Shown here one piece after another: positions 1-12,763 of a stretch of 64,000 nt of DNA (position 1 is the first letter of the stretch; every line of letters starts with the position of its first letter). Origin of the DNA: Pseudovirgaria hyperparasitica (taxonomy: Eukaryota); the NCBI GenBank assembly GCA_010093815.1, contig ML996580.1, one strand, 5' to 3'. The notes beneath the pieces are model-generated. The model searched no databases, was not told the origin of the DNA, and saw only the letters and a list, made by a program, of their open reading frames with translations. The position numbers and the translations under genes were made by a program.

Positions 1-571
1 TGATGTGGATGTTCATCCCAAGACACCGTGCATGCAGATTAAACCCCTCATTAGCCTATCCTGGCGACTCTGCATCTATCAGACTAGACACGATCGCAGC
101 CGTGATCCCAAGCAGCTCTTTCGCGTCCGAATTGCCGTCTCAGGTTTTGCGGAACTGCGGCAGTGCAAAAGAGCGCCGCTGAGGCGAGGGAGCAGCGGCA
201 ATAGTCCATGGAAGCGGCTCTGTAGATCCACGACGGCAAGACATGTCACTGGGCGAGGCTGAGAAATGTGGCTGCGAGGATGATGAAACTTATGGGGATC
301 GAGATGACTCGAGGACCCTGAACGTCATCCAATCACTGCTCGACTACAGCGCTAGCCCTGAACCGGCTGTGAGTATAATTACTCTGTAGGGTGGGTTACC
401 GTGCGTCTATCAGGTCGGACATGCAAGGTCGCGTTAGGTGCTTTGATTTCCTCTGTGTGCTTTTTATATATCCTAGGGCATTACCATCCCATGCGACCCC
501 TAGATTCATGTAAGGCACCATATCCCGAAGTCCATATATGCACATATCTACAAGCATCATGCACTGTGCCT

Positions 572-1914
572 TCATGCCGCCACAGAGGCTGGCTCAGCAC
601 TTGTCTCCGCTGCTGATGCGCTCTCGACTTTCAAAGTCTTCCTTTCCGGTTTCAATTCCTCGCTCTCCATGGGGCGCAGCCCCCACCTATCGAACATAGC
701 CTTGTCCTCATCCCAACCATTGCAATCCGTCGTCAACATCTTCTCCCCCGTGAACACTGCATTCGCGCCAGCCATGAAGCATAGCATCTGCTTCTCCTCG
801 CTCATCACGACTCGTCCGGCAGCTAGCCGCACAATGCTGCCGGGCATGCACACTCGCGCCGTCGCAATCGTGCGCACCACCGCGTCGAACGCAATCGGCT
901 TCGTATCGCCCAGCGGCGTGCCCTTGATCGGAACCAGCGTGTTGATAGGCACACTCTCCGGATGCGCAGGCAGCGTCGCCAGCGTATACACCAGCCCGAT
1001 ATGGTCTTTCTTATTCTCGCCCAAGCCCAAGATACCACCCGTACATACATGTATGCCCGCGTCCGCAACATGCTGAATCGTCGCCAGCCGCTCGTCGTAG
1101 CTGCGCGTTGTAATGACGCTCGGGTAGTGCTCGCGGCTCGTGTCTACGTTGTGGTTGTACGCCGTCAAACCGGCATCTTTCAGCTCTTTGGCTTGCGCGG
1201 CGTCGATCATGCCGAGCGTCACGCAGGCTTCCATGCCGAGCTCGCGCACACCCGTCACCATGGCTTTTATGTTCTTGAGGTTTGTCTTGCGCCCGCGCAT
1301 GTCACGCCATGCGGCGCCCATGCAAAAGCGGTTCGAGCCGTTGGCTTTGGCGATGCGGGCCGCAGCAAGAACTTCTTCAACGGGGGAGAGCTTGGTTGCT
1401 TTGAGACCGGTGGAGTATCGGGAGGATTGTGCGCAGTAGGAGCAGTCTTCAGAACAGCCACCAGTCTTGATGTTCATGAGAGTGCAGAGTTGAATGGCCG
1501 AGGGTGGATGGAAGCGCTTGTGTATTTGGCTCTGTTACTGAGTCAGTCTGAAGCATATGCGTGTGTGTGCTTGTGCATTGGTTATAGACGATGGGCCATT
1601 GAACACTAAATGCACACAGACCAGGGTCCATGCCAACTCACAGCAGCACTGATGAGCTCCATGAGAGGCGTCTCATAGACCTCTTGAATTTCCTCCTTCG
1701 TCCAGTCATTTCTCGGTGCGATTGCATTCAACGCCTTGGCCAATTGCCCTGTCCTTTCGGCAGTGGGCGGGGCAGGTGGTTCTGTAGGAGGTTTGCTGGA
1801 AAACGGCGTGGCGGGGACATCGTGAACTGTGGAGAAGGTCCTAGGTGCGACGATCAAGCCGGGGTGTTGAAAGGTCACACGCTGTAATGATCGTAGGCCG
1901 TGACGTGAAGCCAT
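572..1914 (-). CDS. BIO2: Biotin synthase (radical SAM), mitochondrial; 2 exons (intron 1532-1641)
   Basis: CxxxCxxC radical-SAM motif (GCSEDCSYCAQSS), YNHNVDTS, SVPINTLVPIKGTP and GANAVFTGEKMLTT. Arg/Ser-rich presequence-like N-terminus from the ATG at 1914. A GTGAGT..CTGAC..CAG intron joins ...ELISAA to SQIHKRFH... in frame. Confidence 0.97.
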
Positions 1915-2336
1915 AGCTATTTGCGCGAAGGAATCAAAGGAATGGAGAAGAACGGAAATAGGACACGATTGAGGGATATGATTGTTTGTTGAGTTCTGGA
2001 GCATAGGACTCGGTGTTCATGGATGGCGGGGAGCGCTAAAGACTGGAGGAGCTATTCTACATCTGCTGCTAGGTCTGGCCAATTGCAGGCTAAAAGTTAT
2101 TAAGTCCCCCAACATCCATGGGGGTTTTGCGTTAGGGAACGGTCCGGCCTGTGTCAGTAGCAAAATTGACTGGGATCATTCAGCCGAATTGAAGAGGGCC
2201 TAATGATTGATTGTGGTATTAAAAATTAACGCGTGGCACCACATGCCGGGAATAAGGACTAATCACGCCCACTTTGGTCTGCCGGTCGTATATCCGATCA
2301 TCTCGCTATCCGCCTTCGGCCATGGAGTATGCTGGC

Positions 2337-4431
2337 TCATATGCGTGCTTTGCCCGTCTTCAGCGCCTCGTAGTCTTCGTTTCGGAACGGAATGTACGTG
2401 TCTCCTTCGTATGGAAGCCAGTACATCACATCGTCTCCCGTGACTTTGGCGGGATCAATGCCCTCGCGTCTTATCTTTCCCTTTTGAATCTTGAACGTCC
2501 CGGTGTACTCAATCAGCTTTGTGACCCTGATGAATCCAGGCACGGCGTAGCGAGGGAGCTGCGTTAAACAGTGCTGTGCCAATCCCCTAAAGTCCACCTT
2601 GTCAGCCGTCACTCCAGGTTTGAGAACGACGGCCGCAAGACCACAACGGCCATCTGCCTTTGGCACTTCCACTCCCACGACATTCGATTCGTCGATTTGG
2701 CTGAATGTTCCGACAATGTCGCTGACTTCATTGGTTGATACATTTTCGCTGCGCCAGCGGAAAGTGTCGCCCAGTCGATCTACAAAATACACACGACCAT
2801 CTTTGTCCTGTCGCAGCAGATCCCCAGATCTGTACCATCTGTGCATGGCGGGTCAGCTTTGAGGTGTAGTCATGATCCTATATCAGCACTTACACGTCTC
2901 CCCGCTTAAAAGCATCGCGCAGCAGCCTCTTTTCCATAGCTTCTTTATTTTGGTGATACACTTCTTGCAATGGAGTTGATGTATCCATCCGATATATCTC
3001 TTCGCCAGGCTCGTTTACACCAACAACGACAGGACGTCCGGCTTCATCTTTTATGATCTCCTGAGTGTCCATGTCTATCTTGATCCTTTTAACACCACTT
3101 CCAGCCATGAGTTTGAAAATGAGACCTCGGACACCCACAGCGTATCTGGAGAACTCGCCTCGATTTGCATTCAGTGATGATTTGCCCAAGGAATCCGTGG
3201 CAGCATACAGTTCATTGATGGTCTCGATGCCAAATCTCTGACGGAATGGCTCCCACACGTCAGGACGCATCCCGTTGCCCCACGCCATCTTGACACTGTT
3301 TTGACAATCAAGCGGCGACGGTGGAGCATTTACTAGATATCGGCATAGCTCGCCGACGTACTGTAATATAGTAGCTTTTGACTCTCTAACTTCCGGCCAG
3401 AATGTTTTATGTGAGAATTTGCGACTGAGGACGATCGTAGATCCACCATGAATCGATGGAGTCACACACAAGCCATGACCAGTCCCATGGTATAATGGAA
3501 GGCAGGTGAACATGCGCTCACCGGGTTTCAGTTTAAGGTAGCGGGCCATAATATAGCCAGTCATTAATTCACGTTGTACTGTCACTCTCGTGGCTTTGGG
3601 CAGTCCCGTAGTTCCACTTGTGTACAGCAGGCCTCGAATATCATTCAAGCTTCCAGGAATCTGTCGTTCTTTCGGCACAGGAGCCATGATTTTCAGGCTG
3701 TCAATTAATTGGGGACCGTACAAGTGCAATGTGACCTGCAAATGAATTTAGTGGACATTTATGCAGATTTGTCGCACCTAGCCCACCTTGATGTCATCAA
3801 AATCTTTTGCACAAGTATTAATATTGCGATATGATTCCGAGTCATATAAGACGTAACGAGTGCCACAGAGCTGAGTTTCGAAGTTAGCCATTGAACATTG
3901 TTAAAGGCTTTGAACAATGTAGACCTACCTTAACGCAATGGAGGAGCCCATGACCAGTTAAGTTGCAGTTGAGGAAGCTCGGCGCACCTCCAATACATTC
4001 GAGCGCCATCCATAGCAAGATATATTCGGGAGTGTTGACGCCATATATTGCGACGACTTCATCCTTCTGCACATTGAGGTCATTGAGCAGCCAATTGGCA
4101 GCCTTGATTATCCTGTCGTAGAACTGTTTGTAGGTCCACGATTTTCCCTCGAAAATGAGGAAAAGTCGGTCACCATGATTGCGAGCCTGTTCCTCGAAGA
4201 TATGGAACGTAAATAGTCGTTGCTCTTTGGCACGTGTTTCGATGAACTTCACCACACTGCGATGTGTCGGAGAAAGCGGTGCCAGTGCTAAGTCGCTTGC
4301 AATGTGATATTTCGCATTGACATAGGCAGCTGCAGCCGTAAGGGCCGTTGCGCCTACGAGGGCGGATGAGGCTATGTATGAATATCAACGGAATCGTTCA
4401 AGCATATGTTTGCAGGTTACTTACCAGCCAT
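2337..4431 (-). CDS. FAT1: FATP/very-long-chain acyl-CoA synthetase family protein (Fat1/CefD1-like), 5 exons, C-terminal ARI (PTS1-like)
   Basis: AMP-binding motif YTSGTTGLPK, YVGELCRYL, ELYAATD, and the FATP signature WYRSGDLLRQDKDGRVYFVDRLGDTFRWRSENVST. ATG at 4431 with a short first exon and a GTAAGT intron. The symbol reflects family membership only; orthology was not tested. Confidence 0.9.
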
Positions 4432-5601
4432 CAGGTATCAACAAGACTGGATCGCGGAGAAATGCGGCGGGGGAGTGTCAGGTCAAACACAAAGGTTACG
4501 AAAGAGTGATTCTGGTCAGCGCCTTGACACGACAGAACGCATGGATGAGGCGTGGAGGACATGGAGGCGCCGCCAATGCCCACACGCATCCATGCAGTGA
4601 CAGAGGCCGATTGCCGTGAAACCCCGCACCGAGAGGCAATACTAAGTAGCAGTAAAGCATATTTCGAGTCAAGTAAGGCCGGTTGAAATTGCAAAGCTCA
4701 GACGTCGTTTGTCTACAATCATCTGTACCAGCCTCGGGTACCACCAGTCAGGTCCGTTTCCGTTCCTGAGTCGTGGGCAAAAATGACGATGCGTCGGCTA
4801 GTGCTCTTAAGCGGCTGGGGAACCCTGGACTTCGGTTTACTAGTCATGCGCCCTAGCGGGTTGATGCCGGTCGATGCAGCATCGTGACCATGGAATCGCA
4901 GTTGTCCTTTGTCTCTTTTAGGTAAGATATGCGAAGTAACAATATGAGAGAAGTCCATATGAACATATAGGCATCATGTGACCTTTTCTATTAATCGGAA
5001 AAAAGGTAGAGAGAAGGTGCATGACAGTTCGGTGTTAACATTCATGCCTCAGGTACACACGTCCGGACTTCTTCCAGGTTTCGATCATGCGCAGCAAGTG
5101 GGTCAATAAGTCTATTTCATCGTCAGCCTGACAATGGAGTGAATCATGTACATGAAAGTTTCCTGTTTAACCGAATATACAAAATACCAGGATCCATGTC
5201 CAACGGTACGGCCCGAAGCCGTCAAGGCCATGAATTGCCTGTGTTGCTGAGCCCAGAAATAACGCCGTCCCCAGGAGCCAGATATGCGATTACAGATTTG
5301 CGAAAATGGACATGGAAACATGCACAACGAGGTCATCATGTCACCGTTTCTCGAAACGACCACGTTGACGACCCAAAAGTAAGCGAAGCACTGCGAAAGC
5401 ACCTATAGCCGCCATGCATGTCAAGATGAGCAATGATGTCAATCGAATGGCGGAGAGCATGCGACCTGCGACAGACAAGGGGAATCTTAAAGGTAGAACA
5501 TTCCCAAGTCAGTGAGACTTCGACCTGCTGCGCAATGTGATGAGAAGTGGGATATAGGGAGGTACATGCGATGGTAATGCGGTGCAACCTTTCTGACTTG
5601 T

Positions 5602-6990
5602 CTAGTGTTGCTCCTTCTCATACCCCTCTGGTTTTTGCATTCCATTGACATCAAAGAAACGCGATGTGCCTGATATTTTGGTAAGAACGGGATTTCGGGC
5701 ACCAGTTTTCGAGCAGACTTACAAGAGTATCCGTTCCAATCGAAATTGTCTTTTGGATTGCAATGGCACTTCAGCTTTAACCGCGTCTCCTCACCAGTAG
5801 GACAATGTGTGAATGGGACGTGATAGTAGGCAATATCGTTGAAGAAGTGAATCTCCTCCTTCTTTAGCATCAGAGATGCGGCGATCGAGTGGACAGGGGC
5901 GTCGCCCCAACGTTCGTAGAAGAAGCCACCGTCTCTGTCCAAGTGGTTAAAATAGTCAATGTAGGCTTGCGAGCGAAGCCAGTTTAGATTTCCAATCTCG
6001 AAATTGGACCACTGTGTCCCATCAGTCTTGGTTTCCGAGTTTGGAGATTCCAGGGTTGACTTACGAAATGGCAATGGTTGTAGGTACTACCCCCATCATC
6101 ACTGACAAAGCCCATGGTATTATCCTTCTCCAAATGTTGAGGGAACTTGGCCATAAAACCCTTGACGCTGTCCCACAAAGTGGGGATGGTTTCGACGTAT
6201 TCATACAAGCTGATGACAAAGCTGTACTTCTTACCGTGGTCTGCCATGAATTTGAATGTGTCATAGTGGATATCGCAGTACAATTCAACACTTGGCTCAA
6301 CGCGCCAGTACCATTCATAGTCAAGCATCAATGGGTGACGGAAGAAGAAACCAGACTCATAACGACACATGTGACGGTAGCTGACGGAGTCGCCGTAGAT
6401 GATCTTTTTGGCCTTCATGTCCTCGCGGACTTTCTCGGCTTTGCTCTGGTCAATCCACTCTGGGAACGACCAATGTTCTTTAGGAATGGTGCCATACTTG
6501 GTCTTCCCGGATACCAAGGATGTGGTGATCTTTTTGAAGTTGTCGTCAAACTCCTGGTCGTTCAAGAATACCCAATCGTAGTTGTACCTGCGATTGAAAC
6601 GGTCCTCGACATGGCGAATTGATTTTGCAATTTCCCAGATGTCAGAGTTCCGCGCCAAAGTAACAAATGTAGCATTCATGCGAGGTCCTTCAGCGCTTTC
6701 GTAAGGTAATGTATTTGGAGTATTCGGTGAAGTTCCGGGCTGAGTGTATGTGTCTTTGTCGAGAGATAAATGCGCTTGACTGCTGCTACCTCCAGCATTG
6801 GCCTCTTGCTCTTTGATAACATCTGATGCGTTTGTCAAGGGAGTGCCTCTGATTGGGGCGGAGGATGTGAAAAAGTAGACGATGGTGAGGCACTAGACCT
6901 GTGAGTTGATATTTAGGTGCTGTGAATTGCTGATGCACTTACTAAGAAGGCTAGGAGAATGTAGCGCACATAGCGCTGTGAGCCGGCCAT
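5602..6990 (-). CDS. KRE2: Alpha-1,2-mannosyltransferase, GT15 (Kre2/Mnt1 family), 4 exons
   Basis: Type II membrane anchor ([24 protein letters not shown]), [39 protein letters not shown] and [15 protein letters not shown]. The last exon ends ...[10 protein letters not shown]. Confidence 0.95.
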
Positions 6991-7823
6991 TATTGAAGAA
7001 CGATGCCGTGAGGGCTGAGAATCGTGGGTTTCTTTGGAGTCCGCCACGGTGACTGCTTTGCTGGCCAGAAGCGCTTTTGCGGAAGATGAAGGACGGCGAC
7101 GAGTGTTCGATTCTGTCACGGTGGTGATGTAAGAAAAGCAATGTGTGTGATGGAAGGTAGTACAAAGCGACTGCCGTTGTACTCGTATCAGACGACGTGA
7201 GAGCGAAGTAGCGGTGGCTCAGAGAACGCTGCAGACTGGATCAGGGAACGAGGCACAACGCATCTACTTGGTGGGCATCGCTTGTACGGCCAGTACGACG
7301 AGAGGCTGGGATCGTGGCAGGCAAAAAGGCAGACGAGGGAGAAGGCGTAATTGAAGAAAGGGGACCGAAAAGATATCGAAGTTCGGAATGGCTGCTTCTT
7401 GAGAGCCAAGAGCCCTAAAGCGGTTTGGCAGATCCATTTATCAATCCTGGCTTTTCGAGTTTCAAGGGTTGGTCGGTCTTGCTCGGAGCGTCGTAAGCCA
7501 AACCTGAAATCTCAGGCAACTTTTAGCCTTGCGGGCAATTCTCTAAGGCATCCAATGTGACCTTGAACTTTGTCAAAACAAGCTTTGAGCAATTGTCCAA
7601 GTACATCAAGAGGGAGATCCCTATCCATCAATACACCATCGCCATGTATTACATTTGCCTCAACAAAGCACGCAATGAATGCAAACCACGGGTGTCCCCG
7701 GTTGAGCCCTCGCCTGGCGCGATTTCTAGGTACGCGGGGCAGCAAAAGTGCCCAACCTTTTGAGCAGCAGCATGCTAAACATTGCGAATCATCATTCACT
7801 TTCTCGTTTCTGTTACTCGAGTT

Positions 7824-9226
7824 ATGGAGCAGACTGCGGTCGAGAAGAGGCTTCAATCATTACTAGATCATCGGCAGTCGCAATCTCTTCTACGCAGATT
7901 AACCGTCGCGCCTCCAGGGGCTCCAGACTTTTCATCCAACGATTTCCTCTCATTATCAACAAACAAATCGCTACATACGGCCTTCTTCAACGAGCTCTCA
8001 AAGTCACAAGGAGACTTTAGACTTGGTAGTGGAGGCTCGAGATTGCTGGATGGTAACTCGAGCTTGGCCCAGGATCTGGAGCGTGACGTTGCCCTTTTCC
8101 ACAATGCACCCGCAGGGCTTCTTTTCAATTCCGGTTTCGACGCGAATTCTGGATTCTTTGCATGCGTGCCACGGTGTGGAGACTACGTCGTTTATGATTC
8201 GTATATCCATGCTTCAGTCCATGACGGCATGAGACTGTCAAGAGCATCTTCATGTTTACCTTTCAAGCACAACTCGGTAACAGATCTAAGGGCTCTTCTA
8301 GAGAGGTCAATCAAAACCGATAGGCTACTTGAGCAAGGCTCCCGAGATGTCTTTCTAGCTGTTGAAGCCATCTATAGCATGGATGGTGATTTAACACCGC
8401 TCCAAGAGATCATCGACCTTGTGGACCAGCTCTTCCCGTTCAAAAATTGCCACATCATCATTGACGAAGCACATTCAACAGGCGTCCTAGGGCCTTTAGG
8501 GAAGGGCTTGGTCTGTCAGCTTGGTCTCGAAGATCGCATGTTTGCACGATTGCATACCTTTGGGAAGGCCATGGCCTCTGCAGGTGGTATGTAACCTCAA
8601 CATCATATGCACCTCCTGCCACTGACCATCATCTAGCCATGATCTTATGCTCGCAAACTGTTAGACAGTATTTGATTAACTACGCTCGTCCCTTGATATA
8701 CACGACATCAATGTCATATCCATCTCTAATAAGTATCAAAGTCTCTTACGATTTCCTAGGTAGTGGAAAAGTCGAAGCAGTAAGTTTCGCCATCACTACC
8801 ACTACCAACCACCTCGTAGGACCAAAACAAATCTAACCCTCTCAGCTGCGCCGCCACCTTCAAGCCCTTCAAACCAGATTCTACAGGCTCCTCCAACAAC
8901 TCGTGACCAAACACCCTTTACAAGGTACCGGTATCCTCCCTCTAACCATCCCAGCATCCTGTCCAAGGTCCCCAATCTTCTCAATCCTCACCTCAGAACC
9001 CCGCAACTTGGCCGCGCACTGCCAGAAATCGGGCTTCGTCGTCAGACCGGTCGTGCCACCCACAGTCCCAACTGGCACCGAGCGTATCAGAGTGTGTCTG
9101 CACGCAGGCAACACATATGCGCAGATCGATGCCCTTGCTGCTGCCATCGAACTGTGGACTGTAAAGGAGATGCAGCGAAGGAAGGGGCTCTCCACGTGTA
9201 CATATGCAGATAGAGCGCGGCTTTGA
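7824..9226 (+). CDS. bioF: 8-amino-7-oxononanoate (KAPA) synthase, PLP-dependent; 3 exons; C-terminal PTS1 ARL
   Basis: DFSSNDFLSL, GSGGSRLLDGN, IHASVHDG, IIDEAHSTG, HTFGKA (PLP lysine), RPLIYTTS and PPTVPTGTERIRVCLHAGN. Introns near 8587-8636 and 8780-8845. Ends ...ADRARL*. Confidence 0.95.
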
Positions 9227-9527
9227 TATAGGTCTTGTATAATGGTTGCTATCTTGTACTCTGCGTCGAGCTCGCCATAGTGGATATACGCCATACAGAA
9301 CCACTGGTTCTATGTATGGGGTGACGGGGAGGAAGGAAGGAAGGAAGGAAGGCAAGAAATTAGTAAGCACTGTCCAAAGTCTACCATAATAGTATGACCT
9401 GTGACTACTCTACCGCATATAGTCAATGTTCTCTTGAAGGAGACTTATCAACAAAGCGCGCTGCTGGATAGATAGTGAGTGCAGTAAGAAAATAAAAAGC
9501 CCCAGAGATGTCATACTATAAGGTTAT

Positions 9528-9528
9528 A

Positions 9529-9623
<95 letters not shown>
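9528..9623. repeat. (TCTG)n microsatellite running into the assembly gap
   Basis: Perfect TCTG tandem of about 24 copies visible before the N run. Confidence 0.98.
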
Positions 9624-10438
9624 NNNNNNNNNNNNNNNNNNNNNNNNNNNNNNNNNNNNNNNNNNNNNNNNNNNNNNNNNNNNNNNNNNNNNNNNNNNNN
9701 NNNNNNNNNNNNNNNNNNNNNNNNNNNNNNNNNNNNNNNNNNNNNNNNNNNNNNNNNNNNNNNNNNNNNNNNNNNNNNNNNNNNNNNNNNNNNNNNNNNN
9801 NNNNNNNNNNNNNNNNNNNNNNNNNNNNNNNNNNNNNNNNNNNNNNNNNNNNNNNNNNNNNNNNNNNNNNNNNNNNNNNNNNNNNNNNNNNNNNNNNNNN
9901 NNNNNNNNNNNNNNNNNNNNNNNNNNNNNNNNNNNNNNNNNNNNNNNNNNNNNNNNNNNNNNNNNNNNNNNNNNNNNNNNNNNNNNNNNNNNNNNNNNNN
10001 NNNNNNNNNNNNNNNNNNNNNNNNNNNNNNNNNNNNNNNNNNNNNNNNNNNNNNNNNNNNNNNNNNNNNNNNNNNNNNNNNNNNNNNNNNNNNNNNNNNN
10101 NNNNNNNNNNNNNNNNNNNNNNNNNNNNNNNNNNNNNNNNNNNNNNNNNNNNNNNNNNNNNNNNNNNNNNNNNNNNNNNNNNNNNNNNNNNNNNNNNNNN
10201 NNNNNNNNNNNNNNNNNNNNNNNNNNNNNNNNNNNNNNNNNNNNNNNNNNNNNNNNNNNNNNNNNNNNNNNNNNNNNNNNNNNNNNNNNNNNNNNNNNNN
10301 NNNNNNNNNNNNNNNNNNNNNNNNNNNNNNNNNNNNNNNNNNNNNNNNNNNNNNNNNNNNNNNNNNNNNNNNNNNNNNNNNNNNNNNNNNNNNNNNNNNN
10401 NNNNNNNNNNNNNNNNNNNNNNNNNNNNNNNNNNNNNN
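9624..10438. other. Assembly gap (N run)
   Basis: Continuous N characters. Confidence 1.
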
Positions 10439-10820
10439 TTAGATATATATTCCTTATATAAGGAATATTATATATCTATTTATACCTGCCCTTTTCACAA
10501 GAAGTAATACGATTAGGGAAGTCGTCTACTAGATCTTTTTAGGAGTTGATCATGATTCAAAAACTTATATCTAGTAAGGAGTGTTAGAAGGTAGTGTAGA
10601 TATTGTACTATAGTATAAGAGTTATAGTAATAAGATATCTGATAGTTTACTCTTTTAGATAATAATATATCATAATCTTAGTAGATGCTCTCGTCTAATA
10701 AGAAGTATTAGATCTAAGGGAGTTAGATATGAAAGGTAGAGAATTGATATAGTAAACCTGATAAAGTGATTCGTAAACTCATTCAAGCGCTTTAATAACA
10801 AACTAGTAATTTCGTAGCGA
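10439..10820. other. AT-rich, TpA-enriched patch consistent with RIP-mutated repeat DNA
   Basis: Abrupt compositional shift with dense TA/TAG/CTA/TAA words and few CA/TG dinucleotides beside the gap. No recognisable transposon domain remains. Confidence 0.6.
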
Positions 10821-11324
10821 GCAGTGAAGCGCCAACGCATGTCCAATCTCTCATTCTCGATCGTTTGAATTTTGGAAACAGGCGAGTAGGTAGCAATCAT
10901 ATCTCACTCATCTCACCTGTTCGTCCGTAACACTACTTAGCTATCTCCTGGAGCCCTGAAATGCGATGTCTACTCTGAAGAAGAATCAAGTTGTCATTTG
11001 TTTGCTATAAAATCTGCTACGCCATGGTGACAACTGAACGAGGGACATGCTGATATGAAAACACAAGGAGACCCTTTTTCATAGATCGTAAACCTATTCA
11101 GTGTCATGAAACAGCTCATATCCAATCACTCACGCATAATTGAGTTGAGTTAACGGTACATGCCTCCACAGGCACGCCTACATACTTGCCGCAGCTTTCT
11201 TATTACCTCGTTCATCTCGCGCTATCCCTCAACGCCCACACGCCCCCTTATCTCGCCTCTCCCTGTCCCTCTACCGGCGCATCGCCATTCGTATTGTGCT
11301 TCCTCCCCGCATTGACAGCCTCTA

Positions 11325-12763
11325 TCAAGCAGTCAGTCCCCGCCAGCGACAAGACAGAAACAGAAACAACAGCAACTCACGAATGGTCGCCGCCATCATC
11401 GGCTCGGCCAGCCTCCAACGGCGTATTTCTTCGTCCACAACGCGGTCCTTGCACACATTGTACACTGCCCAGTAGTGCGGTGGCTCGTCAGCAATGTAGT
11501 CTTCCCAGCCTTTGATCGAGAGCTCATGTGAGAGTGCCGGATCGCGGTGGTGGGTGGCCCATATTGTTGTTTCGGGTGTTTGGGGTTGAGACATTGTGTC
11601 TGTTGGACGTGCGGTGATGGTTTGCGGGCAACCTTTGAAGTTGTTTTGCTTGGGGGTTCGCTGGTGCGCTGGGCGATTTCGGTGTATTTGAACGCGGTTA
11701 GCAGCCCGGTGTATATTTGTTCGATGTGCTATGGGGCTTCTGATAAAGCTGATATGAGATGTTGGAGATGGAGGAGGATGTTAGGCTGGTGGTATGTGGA
11801 TGTAGGAATGAGGAGCTCAGGTGTGAGGCAGGACAGGAGCGCGTGATGGAGGTTTCTAGCTAGCAGATCAGCAAGGGGCTTAGGGTTGAACGATGCAACT
11901 GGACGAGACGATTGCGCAGACACACATAGCTCCTCCAGCAAGAGGAGATCATTTCTCGTTGTTCAGAGCTGATTTATCTTCATAGCATCGTCTTGGTGAC
12001 TTCGTCCGGGGATGAGACGGAATGGCAAAGATGTGTTGCTCGATTGGATATTACGCAGGGACGATGAAAGTGAAGGGTCCTCGTGGTATGATGGGTTCAT
12101 GTGGAAACACTCCACGTGGGTGACAAGTGCGGGCAGATCCAGGTCAGGCACGTAGATGACGAGGCGAATATCAGGTTCGTATGTAGTTCTTGTGGATTCT
12201 GGAAGAGTGGAGCTTGAGAAGCACACTGATAGAAGCAGCTGCAGACAACCTTTTCCCCATCTGCCATGTAAAAAATGCCATGAGCGTAAGGAATGCAAAC
12301 GGCGTCCTGGTCAACGCGTGGTGGCAAACACAGGTGGGACGGGAGTCGGCAGAGGAGATTGTTTTGATGCGTACCCCTGGCCTTTCATCATTCTCGGCGC
12401 ACCTCTCTTGCTTGACTGGACATCAGTGAACTGAGATTGGGGTCCTACACCTGAGTATGTGGTAGGTACCAATGGGCAAGGTATGTCTGTAACAAACAAA
12501 CCACAGGAGCGTCTACACTGCCACAATTGGGATTATAATGAGAGCAGTGATCCCACGGGCGTAGCACCAAAAGGGAACAATCTTGTCATTTCTGGCGTAG
12601 GGACTTTGCCATGAAGCAGCTCATCCATGTTCACGATATTGCGCAACGTAGACAAGATATTAGTGCCTCGATTCTCTGCCCTGTTCACCTCTACTATCGG
12701 GCCTGCCTGTTCAGTTCTTGCGACACTTGTGTCAAGTCCACTGTCCAGCCCGAACAGAGACAA
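11325..12763 (-). pseudogene. Probable disrupted gene of unknown family
   Basis: A chain of protein-like ORF fragments on one strand (12533-12763, 12097-12327, 11963-12298, 11729-11941, 11325-11594) separated by single stops or frameshifts, with no obvious introns to repair them. Confidence 0.4.

Noticed and set aside
7512..7780. Protein-like minus-strand stretch between KRE2 and bioF as a bioDA remnant
   Set aside because: No dethiobiotin synthetase P-loop or aminotransferase motif recognisable.
9508..10461. 317-aa ORF in the track
   Set aside because: Artefact of the TCTG microsatellite plus N run.
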